This document shows, in pieces, positions 1 through 7,930 of a stretch of DNA of 55,872 nt. How positions within the stretch are numbered: position 1 is the first letter of the stretch; the number at the start of each line of letters is the position of its first letter. Source of the DNA: Candidatus Woesebacteria bacterium RIFCSPHIGHO2_01_FULL_39_32 (GTDB taxonomy: Bacteria > Patescibacteriota > Microgenomatia > UBA8517); contig MGGJ01000001.1 in assembly GCA_001792345.1 (NCBI GenBank), positions 358,688 through 414,559 on the forward strand. The letters run 5' to 3'. The notes under the pieces were generated by a model. It had not been told where the DNA came from, did no database searches, and saw nothing but the letters and a program-made list of their open reading frames with translations. The position numbers were made by a program, and so were the translations under genes.

Positions 1-552
1 TCAATAAAAGATTTGGGATTGACAGAAAGGATATATTCCGCCAGATTTGTTGAAGATAAAGGTTATTTGGTGACTTTCCGCCAGATTGATCCATTTTATG
101 TTCTTGATCTCACTGACCCAAGAAACCCGAAAAAGTCGGGAGAACTGAAAATTCCGGGTTTTTCTTCATATTTACACCCAATCACAAAAGATAAAATACT
201 GGGAGTTGGTAGGGAAGATGCTCAGGTTAAAATTTCGCTATTTGATGTTTCAAATCCTTCCAATCCAAAAGAAGTTGCTAAGTATAATCTTGATGAATTT
301 TGGAGCGAAATAGAAACTACACATCACGCCTTTTTACTCGATGACAAACACCAAGTTTTCTTCCTTCCCGCAGGAGCAAGCAGTTATATTTTCAGTTATT
401 CCGGGAATGAATTGAAATTACAGAGGGTAGTCAGTGATATTTCAGCCCAAAGAGCAGTCTATATTGACAATTATATGTACGTCATAGGAGATACAAAAAT
501 CGTAGTCTTAAATGAATCCGATTGGACAGAAGTAAACTCGTTAACCTTCTAA
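1..552 (+). CDS. Secreted beta-propeller domain protein, C-terminal fragment (5' end upstream of window)
   Basis: The frame is open from nt 1. Motifs RFVEDKGYLVTFRQIDPFYVLDLTDPRNP and HHAFLLD..VFFLP are typical of the bacterial/archaeal 'beta propeller domain' secreted family (PF09826-like). Stop at 550-552. Confidence 0.65.
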   Translation, partial: SIKDLGLTERIYSARFVEDKGYLVTFRQIDPFYVLDLTDPRNPKKSGELKIPGFSSYLHPITKDKILGVGREDAQVKISLFDVSNPSNPKEVAKYNLDEFWSEIETTHHAFLLDDKHQVFFLPAGASSYIFSYSGNELKLQRVVSDISAQRAVYIDNYMYVIGDTKIVVLNESDWTEVNSLTF

Positions 553-557
553 TTAAT

Positions 558-944
558 ATGACAGAGAAAGTAGTAGGCTATATATACATTATCGCCGGAA
601 CTATCTTAATGGTTTTGGCGCTAGTTTCTGTTTATATGGTTTTTACGAAGAAAATGGTGCCTGTTAATATTTTTAGTTTACCTGGAATATCAATAGATCT
701 AAGTAGTGTCGCACCGGAAGTACCCAAGGAATTGCAGGAAACACAAGGAGAAGCCGCATCAGGTCTTCAGACGGATCTTGTTGCTCCCGAAATTATAAAC
801 GCTCCTCTAAATCTGATTGCACACATAATATTAATGGGTTTTGTCCTTAATGTCGGTTTTAAGATCGCCTCACTTGGCGTCCAATTAGTAAGACCGATTA
901 AAGTTAATTTAAGAGGAGAACAAAAATCGGTGTTAGAACCTTAA
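558..944 (+). CDS. Hypothetical membrane protein (about 2 TM helices)
   Basis: Tracked ORF is 522-944. The in-frame ATG at 558 avoids overlap with the upstream gene. Hydrophobic segments are VVGYIYIIAGTILMVLALVSVYMVF and LIAHIILMGFVLNVGFKIASLGV. Confidence 0.45.
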   Translation: MTEKVVGYIYIIAGTILMVLALVSVYMVFTKKMVPVNIFSLPGISIDLSSVAPEVPKELQETQGEAASGLQTDLVAPEIINAPLNLIAHIILMGFVLNVGFKIASLGVQLVRPIKVNLRGEQKSVLEP

Positions 945-948
945 TTGT

Positions 949-1278
949 GTGGATTTAACCAAAATCAAATGCGTTCCTTGCCGAGGTGGTGAACCTACTC
1001 TTTCTTCGAGTGAGATTAAAAAATATTTAGGAGATCTAAAAAACGGCTGGAAGATTGAAACCCTACCCGATAAACTTGTCAAAGAATTTGAATTTAAAGA
1101 CTTCAAAGAAGCGATAAAATTTACCAATAAGGTAGCCGCTTTAGCGGAAGAAGAGGGACACCACCCAAATATTTACATCCACTCATATAAGAAAGTCAAA
1201 CTGGAATTGTGGACGCATAAAATCGGTGGACTTCACCAAAACGACTTCGTCATGGCAGCAAAAATTAATGAATTGTGA
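949..1278 (+). CDS. Pterin-4-alpha-carbinolamine dehydratase (PCD/DCoH family)
   Basis: GTG start. Contains the EEEGHHPNIYIHSYKKVKLELWTH core typical of 4a-hydroxytetrahydrobiopterin dehydratase, at about 109 aa. Ends in TGA. Confidence 0.85.
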   Translation: MDLTKIKCVPCRGGEPTLSSSEIKKYLGDLKNGWKIETLPDKLVKEFEFKDFKEAIKFTNKVAALAEEEGHHPNIYIHSYKKVKLELWTHKIGGLHQNDFVMAAKINEL

Positions 1279-1329
1279 TTTTGATTACAATACTTGACTC
1301 AATATTTTAATAATGGTTTACTTATATAT

Positions 1330-1473
1330 ATGGAGGAAGAAGCGGAAAATCAAAAAAATTCACAAACTTATTATAAAAAAAGGCCTTTATGGCAGTGGAT
1401 TTTAATTTATTTAGGCGTCGGAGGTGTTATTTACGGACTGATTTATTATTTCAAGCAAAACAAAACTTATTAA
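1330..1473 (+). CDS. Small single-pass membrane protein (47 aa, below the ORF-track cutoff)
   Basis: Hand translation gives MEEEAENQKNSQTYYKKRPLWQWILIYLGVGGVIYGLIYYFKQNKTY. It has an acidic/basic N-terminus followed by one TM helix. Its stop overlaps the stop of the convergent gene at 1470. Confidence 0.35.
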   Translation: MEEEAENQKNSQTYYKKRPLWQWILIYLGVGGVIYGLIYYFKQNKTY

Positions 1474-2276
1474 TCCTTTGCCCAGATTACGAATGTAAAA
1501 AGTTTATTTGATGCTCCAAGATCCCGCTCGAAAAGAGCAACATAACCGTTATTCCTAATTTCTTTACCCCATTCACTTCTATTTTCAAAATCAGAGTTTT
1601 TTGCCGATTCTGCTACCAATAAACCGAAGGGTAAATTTTGAGAACTGCTTTTAACAGAAGTGAGGGTATCAAGATGGGAATAAATTGTTTCCAGCTGTTC
1701 ATAATCGTGACTGTTAGGATGCTCGTTACTAGGCGGACCATCAGGATCCGAGGTGTAATCCATACAGGTACCGAGATTGGTGTTACCATAGTTCTCGTCC
1801 TGATGATCAAGTCCCAATGTGTGACCAGCTTCCTGACACATAACCAAATTCTTCCACGCTGATGTATTGTATTTAGCTAAGTTAAAATACGTATCATTAA
1901 CCTTTGTGACACCCTGAGTAATATGATTTCCGCTCGCCCAAATTTGTGCCAATCCAAGCCAACCGTTATTTCCATATTTGCTATTACATACTTCTACCCG
2001 TCCGCTACTGGCTCTACAGTTTCTAGGGTTTGTTCCGCCGGAAACGATAGTCGTATCGAGAACCGAAGAAACACTCCAGTCAGAGGATGTTGTTGCAAGA
2101 TACGGATCCCAGCTTGAGGATAAGTTATCACCCAACTTCAGCGTAAATGGGTTACTTGTACGTGCCCAATGATAATTTCCCCATGAATGACTTGCACGAA
2201 CTTCTGAAGAAAACGAAAATAAAAATAAAGCGATTCCAAAAAGTGATAAAAGAAGGCGCATCTTTGTAATATGCAT
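1470..2276 (-). CDS. Secreted metzincin-like protein with variant zinc motif QEAGHTLGLDH
   Basis: N-terminal signal peptide MRLLLSLFGIALFLFSFSSEVRA. The motif QEAGHTLGLDH fits HExxHxxGxxH except that Gln replaces the first His. Confidence 0.55.
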   Translation of the reverse strand: MHITKMRLLLSLFGIALFLFSFSSEVRASHSWGNYHWARTSNPFTLKLGDNLSSSWDPYLATTSSDWSVSSVLDTTIVSGGTNPRNCRASSGRVEVCNSKYGNNGWLGLAQIWASGNHITQGVTKVNDTYFNLAKYNTSAWKNLVMCQEAGHTLGLDHQDENYGNTNLGTCMDYTSDPDGPPSNEHPNSHDYEQLETIYSHLDTLTSVKSSSQNLPFGLLVAESAKNSDFENRSEWGKEIRNNGYVALFERDLGASNKLFTFVIWAKD

Positions 2277-2345
2277 TACAAACTTATATTAACAAAAATT
2301 TAATTATTTTGTCAAATACCGACATATATTAGAACTACAAATTAT

Positions 2346-3521
2346 TTAAAGTTCGCAGGAAGAAGTAGTTTCCCCGCCGATACAAGTATCTGTACCTGAG
2401 TTTCCCCGGAGATTATCAAGATCTAATCCGCCGTCGAGAAGATCGTCTCCAGAATTTCCTCTAATTTTGTCATCACCTGCCTCCCCATAAAGCTTATCGT
2501 TTCCGGATCCTCCCCTTATTTCGTCATTCTCGCTTCCGCCGTAAATTTCATCATCACCATCTCCGCCGTCGATATCGTCCTCGCCCTCATTTCCATATGC
2601 TAAATCGTTTCCGGATCCTACATCTATATCGTCGTTTCCAGTTCCTCCCCAAACTTTGTCATTTCCGGAACCACTCCTTATGCGATCGTTACCATTTCCA
2701 CCCAAATCAACGTCGTCTCCGGATCCAGAATAGATCCTGTCATTGCCTTCACCACCAACCACACAATCATGCCCGCCATTGGAATCTATTCTGTCATTGC
2801 CTCCCTTAGCTAATATAAACTCGTTTGCAATCGTGCCGTTGATGTTATCATTACCCTCAGTTCCCTCGATCACACTGGTAATTACTCCACTTAAGTGTTG
2901 ACACTCTGGAGGGAGTTCTATTCCAGGTGCGTCTGTTTGCCAGATTATATTGAAGATAACTCTCGCTTCTTGATATTCATTTCCCGCGCTCGACGGAAAC
3001 TTCACTTTAACTCTATAGCTTTTGTCTGCTCCAGCAGGGAAGTTTCCAAGATTAAATAGGGGAGCGTCAAAAAGAGCCTGAAGTTTACCGCTGAAGATTA
3101 AAGTTGAAGTAAGTTCGGTAACTTCTACGTCTAAAATACCTGCAAAAGCCTTGTATTCATCGGTTTTGACAAAATCCATCGTAACTGACTCATCCTCGCC
3201 TGAGTCATTTTTAACATTAAAGTCCTTTTGCTTTTCATCTCCCGGAAGCATATTTGTCACAACAAACATCGGTGGATTAGGTGGTGGTCCTTCTGGAGTA
3301 TAAGTTACTATAAGAGGATCAACAGCATATGTTTCTACACCTCTGGAGTTGTGTTGGCTATAAACAAAATAAAACCCATAAAAAACAAAGGGTAAAAGTA
3401 AAAATAACAAAAACCTCTTTTTGGTGAATTCTACAGCTCTATGTTGAAATGTAGAAAATAATACCTGTTCGGAGGATTTCTTGAAACTATTTATATAATA
3501 TTTTTTAATTAAGTTTTTCAT
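2346..3521 (-). CDS. Membrane-anchored TasA/camelysin-like domain protein fused to about 14 RTX (GGxGxD) calcium-binding repeats
   Basis: N-terminal TM helix FLLFLLLPFVFYGFYFVY. The middle domain has MLPGDEKQKDFNVKN ... SAGNEYQEARVIFNIIWQ (compare B. subtilis TasA LKPGDKLTKDFQFEN ... NKYQGNSIKLQFSFEATQ). The C-terminus carries GGNDRI / GEGNDRI / GSGDD / GNGNDRI ... nonapeptide repeats. Confidence 0.75.
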   Translation of the reverse strand: MKNLIKKYYINSFKKSSEQVLFSTFQHRAVEFTKKRFLLFLLLPFVFYGFYFVYSQHNSRGVETYAVDPLIVTYTPEGPPPNPPMFVVTNMLPGDEKQKDFNVKNDSGEDESVTMDFVKTDEYKAFAGILDVEVTELTSTLIFSGKLQALFDAPLFNLGNFPAGADKSYRVKVKFPSSAGNEYQEARVIFNIIWQTDAPGIELPPECQHLSGVITSVIEGTEGNDNINGTIANEFILAKGGNDRIDSNGGHDCVVGGEGNDRIYSGSGDDVDLGGNGNDRIRSGSGNDKVWGGTGNDDIDVGSGNDLAYGNEGEDDIDGGDGDDEIYGGSENDEIRGGSGNDKLYGEAGDDKIRGNSGDDLLDGGLDLDNLRGNSGTDTCIGGETTSSCEL

Positions 3522-3523
3522 AT

Positions 3524-4936
3524 TTAAGGAGGGCTATTCGCTGATTTTGGTGTTCCTCTATTTTCTATATCCTCGCCTGAGTCAAAACCTACAGATGTAT
3601 TGGCTGTATGCCAACTTCCTGAAATAGTTCCGTCACCCGGCGTACTATTTCTTTCCATGGAGTAAAACTTCTTTGGTTGGCTTACTTTATGATTACCAGC
3701 AAGAGGAGTACTCTTGTTCCCCGCGGTATCAATAAGTGTTCCACCAGTATCCCAATTACTCACAAATAGTCTTATTTGTAAAGCGGTGTTGCTTAGAGTA
3801 ACACTTGTTGATATCTCATCGGGAGTGACATTAAGAGCACTTCCGGGATCGCCGCTGGGAAACTGAGCGATAAGGAAAAATCCTCCCGGGGGTATAGATT
3901 TTCCGGCTGAAATAGTAAACATCAATTCTTCATGATCCGTTCCGGAAGTTACCCATTTTGTCAATTGCCATCCGCTAATATCTATTGTGTTGGATGTTGT
4001 GTTTCGAAGCTCTATCCACTCGTCAGAAGCACCCTTCGTACTTCCCATCCACATTAATTCGTTTATCACAACATCTCCAGGTTGAGGTCCTTGAGGTGCT
4101 TGCGACCATTCTCCGGCTTGGAAAAGATTTCCGATTGAGTTTTCGATATCAGAAAAAAATGAGGCAGTAAGTCCGAGGAAAACTATACTTGCTCCGAAAA
4201 TAGGAAGCAGAACAGAAACTTTTGGTATCCCTTTATCTTTATCTTTAAAGTTCTCTCCCTGCGAGGCAGTATACTCCGGTTCTATTTTTAATTTCCTTCT
4301 TTTAAATCTAGATTTAATTTTCGAAAAACCACTTTTCAGAAGTGTTCTTATTTCATTTAGAAGTGATTTTAGTTCTTCGTAGATAATTATCGTTGCGGGA
4401 ACAATTACCAAAAGCAGAAAACCGTATGGGGTTTTTGCGTAATTTGCTAAATACCCTAGGTAGGGGATATTGAGAATATTTTTCCCGAGAATGTATTCGT
4501 CCTTTATTTCCCAAGTATCAAAGTCCTCATTCGCATCACCGCCTGTAATATATCTGGCAGGGGAATCAGCTCCATCCGGATATAATTTAAATACAATTCT
4601 GTGGGTTATTAGCTTTTTGGAATCACCGTTGGGAGCAAAAGTTATCACATCCCCCTGAACATAATTTTCTGAGGGATATGAAACAACAACACTGCCAGTT
4701 TTAATCGCCGGTTCCATTGAACCCGATTGAACAATATAAAGTTTAGGAATCCTTGAAGCAAATCCCCGATAATTAAAGCTAATCATTCTCGGAGGTTGAA
4801 TACGTTGCAATATCGGGATTTTAGATATACTGTGTGAGGTTAAAAGAAGAACAGTAATAGTAAGGCCAAAAGAAAAACTAGCAATCCCTAGAATTACTAT
4901 TTTCAAAATGCTCCAAAGTTTCTTAGACTTATTCAT
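3524..4936 (-). CDS. ER/archaeal-type (SipW/Sec11-like) signal peptidase I fused to an internal SipW-class signal peptide and a lamin-tail domain
   Basis: Peptidase motifs SGSMEP, ITHRIV and GGDAN. The order is TM, basic linker, third TM, then SFFSDIENSIGNLFQAGEW, then the LTD motif VVINELMW..DEWIELRN..ISGWQL. Start is ATG at 4936; an alternative GTG lies at 4972. Confidence 0.8.
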   Translation of the reverse strand: MNKSKKLWSILKIVILGIASFSFGLTITVLLLTSHSISKIPILQRIQPPRMISFNYRGFASRIPKLYIVQSGSMEPAIKTGSVVVSYPSENYVQGDVITFAPNGDSKKLITHRIVFKLYPDGADSPARYITGGDANEDFDTWEIKDEYILGKNILNIPYLGYLANYAKTPYGFLLLVIVPATIIIYEELKSLLNEIRTLLKSGFSKIKSRFKRRKLKIEPEYTASQGENFKDKDKGIPKVSVLLPIFGASIVFLGLTASFFSDIENSIGNLFQAGEWSQAPQGPQPGDVVINELMWMGSTKGASDEWIELRNTTSNTIDISGWQLTKWVTSGTDHEELMFTISAGKSIPPGGFFLIAQFPSGDPGSALNVTPDEISTSVTLSNTALQIRLFVSNWDTGGTLIDTAGNKSTPLAGNHKVSQPKKFYSMERNSTPGDGTISGSWHTANTSVGFDSGEDIENRGTPKSANSPP

Positions 4937-5054
4937 CTCAGACCACTGCAGTCCTGAAAACCAAAACTGCACTAGACTGATCTTTAACCCTTCGTTTTGC
5001 GGTCAGGGTTCTAACCTCCGATAGCGGTCGGTTAGAGGGCTAAAGAAAAGTCTT

Positions 5055-6500
5055 TTAAGGAAATGGCTGGGTACCGCAAAACGTTTGGACTCCGTCCAAA
5101 TCATATGCGTCTGCCGTACTCTCAAATAAACTCTTATCGCTGACATCGGTTATCCTCAGTTGCGATGCCCAAGCCAATCCTGAAGTACCTAGATCCAAAA
5201 ATGCGTCTCGAGTAGCGCTCGCCGTAACTAGGAAAAAGTTAACTCCGTCCTGACTTGCTTCAACTTTTATTTTCTCATCAGGATATGTTCCTCCTGTTAC
5301 CTCAAACACCCTAAAATCAAAACCTGCCAAATCAACAATTGGGTTAGCAAAGCTCAGCACTATACTTCCTCCGCCAACATTACCGGCTCCAAATCCTAAG
5401 CTGAAAAATGAACCGAAAACAACAGGTGTATCCGAAGGCGTTCCGGTACTTTGCGGCGCGCCGAGTGCGTCAGTAGGATCGCTTCTGTCGGCTAAAACTG
5501 CAGTTCCGTTTTTACGCAATCCTTGAGCAGACGATGCTACACCAGTTGCATATCCAGGAATACATACTACTCCAGTAGGGGTTGGTGTTAGTGTTACTTC
5601 AGGCGGATTACATAGAAAACCACCATTGTGTCTTGATTGAACTGCTCTAAAACTTATATCGGCAGTCATGCTATCGGTTTGTGTTTGGTTATCTTCTCCG
5701 GATCCATCACAGTCAAACCCTGCGCCTCTCACATCCGGTCCATTAGAATCGAGTTGTCCGGGAGTACCTACTTGACCAAGATTATCTTGCACAACTGGGT
5801 TCGGAGTGGCGAGAGTTCCAAAACACCAAGCCTTGCCGATGTATTTAGTCTGCCCACCGGGGAATGGAGACGGTACCGGATCCCAAATGTTATTTTGGGA
5901 ATCAGCTAAGGCAACTGTAGCTGTTTCTCCAACTTCGAGATTTCCCAAAGGTCCTGCCGGCAAAAGGGTTTCATTTTGACAGGCCACCTCTGGTGCTGGA
6001 CCGCCGCCGGCCTGTTCACATATTTCAAATACGTTATCGCCATCATCATCCCACCATATAAAGTTGACACGCTCCGCAAGTTCACCGGCTCCAGCACCTC
6101 CACTAGAATTATCGCCGTCCAGTGCTTCAGGATTTGTTAAAACGTTTTCGTCATCACTGGTTAAAGTTACGTCAACACAAATCCAAGAGTCGTTCTCAAC
6201 GTGGAGGCTAATAGTATCTTCTCCAAAGTCTCCAGGTTTCAGATCTAGAAAGTTGAAGAATAGGTATTGACCCTGCGCGGGTCCATTTCCATCGTCGAGA
6301 TCGGCCAATTGAAGCCAACTTGTTCCGGGATTATAAACACCGTTATAGTAGCTACTGTTATCTATTTTCAGGTCCAGCTCACCTGCTTGGAAAATGTTAT
6401 CTTTCGATGTTTCTGTATCGGAGAAGAATGCATTGGTTACTCCCAATGTAATCAATCCGACAGCACTTAAAACTAATATACTTTTTAATATTTTTTTAAT
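5055..6500 (-). CDS. Large TasA-superfamily secreted protein with SipW-class signal peptide (paralog A); apparent ATT start
   Basis: Contains NAFFSDTETSKDNIFQAGELDLKIDN, DLKPGDFGEDTISLHV and WCFG. The tracked ORF starts at TTG 6455, inside the signal peptide. Extending to ATT at 6498-6500 gives MKKILKSILVLSAVGLITLGVTNAFFSD, with a GGGGTGA Shine-Dalgarno 6 nt upstream. Confidence 0.7.
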   Translation of the reverse strand: MKKILKSILVLSAVGLITLGVTNAFFSDTETSKDNIFQAGELDLKIDNSSYYNGVYNPGTSWLQLADLDDGNGPAQGQYLFFNFLDLKPGDFGEDTISLHVENDSWICVDVTLTSDDENVLTNPEALDGDNSSGGAGAGELAERVNFIWWDDDGDNVFEICEQAGGGPAPEVACQNETLLPAGPLGNLEVGETATVALADSQNNIWDPVPSPFPGGQTKYIGKAWCFGTLATPNPVVQDNLGQVGTPGQLDSNGPDVRGAGFDCDGSGEDNQTQTDSMTADISFRAVQSRHNGGFLCNPPEVTLTPTPTGVVCIPGYATGVASSAQGLRKNGTAVLADRSDPTDALGAPQSTGTPSDTPVVFGSFFSLGFGAGNVGGGSIVLSFANPIVDLAGFDFRVFEVTGGTYPDEKIKVEASQDGVNFFLVTASATRDAFLDLGTSGLAWASQLRITDVSDKSLFESTADAYDLDGVQTFCGTQPFP

Positions 6501-6583
6501 ATCTATTCACCCCGATTCTAAGCCAAAAGGCATTCTCAAAATCCTTATCCCGTTAGATGTTCCGCTGGAACTATCTAACTGGG

Positions 6584-6634
6584 AAGTGCTTTTTAGTGCT
6601 TGCAAAGACTAATGCTCTGCAAGCACTAGCACTT
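6584..6634. other. Long nested hairpin between the two large TasA-like paralogs
   Basis: AAGTGCT(tttt)AGTGCTTGCA, a 13-nt loop, then TGCAAGCACT-AGCACTT. That is 17 bp with one 4-nt bulge and no U-tract on the coding (minus) strand. Confidence 0.5.
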
Positions 6635-6701
6635 TTATTCAAATTCTGAATCCCTTCAGTCTGTTTAACCTCAACATACATGCGCTAAGGTTCAAAACAG
6701 C

Positions 6702-7835
6702 CTAGTTAGGGGCGCAGAGTGCGAAAACCGTTATGCTCTCGCCATCGTTATCATTCTGTACGACCCACCCTGTTTCAGGGGGTATGTAGGTATAGTGGGG
6801 ATAGACGGGATACAAAGGTTCCCCCGCCTTTGCTGGGCCTGAGAATTGCACAGTGGCTGTGCCAGGTTCGTATCCTCCTCCAACCACGTGTGTGTCTACT
6901 GGGCAAGACCATCCGCCCCATCCATTTGGACCAAAAGCTAACTCAGGCGATTCGACGCGAACCACCCACTCGGGTAACCAGGTATCGCAAGAAAAGTCAG
7001 GATTATTTCGTGACTGTTCGGCATAGAACTCCAGATCTCCAACTACACTGTCAGTTTGAGCCGCATTATCCACACTTGCGCCACTACAACTAAATCCTGT
7101 TCCTGCGTTAAGTGGACTTCTGGTTTCATCTTGAGGTCCGCTTGCGGGATCTACTGGAGTTTGGTTCACATCACCAAAACACCAATACTTTCCTATATAG
7201 AAAGTTGTTCCACCAGGAATCGGATTAGTTGCACCCAGAATACTACTTTGAGAATCGGCTAGCGTAATTTGACCTTGTTCATCAATTCCACTAATTGGTC
7301 CGCTTAAGAATGGAGTAGGTTCGCCAATTTCAAATACATTATCTCCATCATCAACCCAGAAAGCGAAATTGACTTCTTCGTCAAGTTCTCCGTCACCGCC
7401 AGGATCTTGACATGTTGGATCATCGGCATTTTCGGGATCCGTACAGGAATTATCCTGATCTTCAGTGATTTGCGCTGCTGCACACATCCAAGCGTCGTTA
7501 CTGCCGACGTGAACAGAGATTGTATCTTCTCCATAATCTCCCGGTTTAAGGTCGACAAAATCGAAGAACTTCTCAACTGTCAAATCTCTCAATTCCCAAG
7601 AAGTGTGTGTGCTTGCAACAAAGGCACCAGTTGGTTGAGGATATCCTGGAATGTTCCAGTCGATTGCATAGCTTTCATTATCGATCTGAAGATCAATGTC
7701 TCCTGCAACGAAAGTGTTACCAAGAGATGTTTCAGAGTCGGAGAAGAAAGCATTGGATACTGCAATTGCGACAATAGCAACAACGCCGATTGTAAACAAG
7801 CTTCCGAATATCCTTCTTAAATTAGTTTTTTTCAA
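6702..7835 (-). CDS. Large TasA-superfamily secreted protein with SipW-class signal peptide (paralog B)
   Basis: Starts MKKTNLRRIFGSLFTIGVVAIVAIAVSNAFFSDSETSLGNTFVAGDIDLQIDN, with DLKPGDYGEDTISVHV and YIGKYWCFG. It aligns with paralog A over about 270 aa. TTG start with a GGGGGTGA SD 6 nt upstream. Confidence 0.8.
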   Translation of the reverse strand: MKKTNLRRIFGSLFTIGVVAIVAIAVSNAFFSDSETSLGNTFVAGDIDLQIDNESYAIDWNIPGYPQPTGAFVASTHTSWELRDLTVEKFFDFVDLKPGDYGEDTISVHVGSNDAWMCAAAQITEDQDNSCTDPENADDPTCQDPGGDGELDEEVNFAFWVDDGDNVFEIGEPTPFLSGPISGIDEQGQITLADSQSSILGATNPIPGGTTFYIGKYWCFGDVNQTPVDPASGPQDETRSPLNAGTGFSCSGASVDNAAQTDSVVGDLEFYAEQSRNNPDFSCDTWLPEWVVRVESPELAFGPNGWGGWSCPVDTHVVGGGYEPGTATVQFSGPAKAGEPLYPVYPHYTYIPPETGWVVQNDNDGESITVFALCAPN

Positions 7836-7930
7836 ATATTCTCACCCCCTCTCCGGGCAATTTACCCTTTAATTGCCTCGGTGAGATGTCAAAGACTACC
7901 TCACCGGGACTATAAAAAGTAAACTTATGT

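Noticed and set aside
522-557. Upstream extension of the membrane-protein ORF, overlapping the preceding gene by 31 nt.
   Set aside because: The extension (MDRSKLVNLLIN) reads across the upstream gene's C-terminus in another frame. ATG 558 follows the upstream stop by 5 nt and begins directly before the first TM helix.
2400-2830. Short-period DNA repetition that could be mistaken for a tandem repeat or CRISPR-like array.
   Set aside because: The periodicity is 27 nt and degenerate. It lies entirely inside a long ORF and translates into RTX GGxGxD nonapeptides. There are no spacer-like unique segments, and no cas genes occur anywhere in the window.
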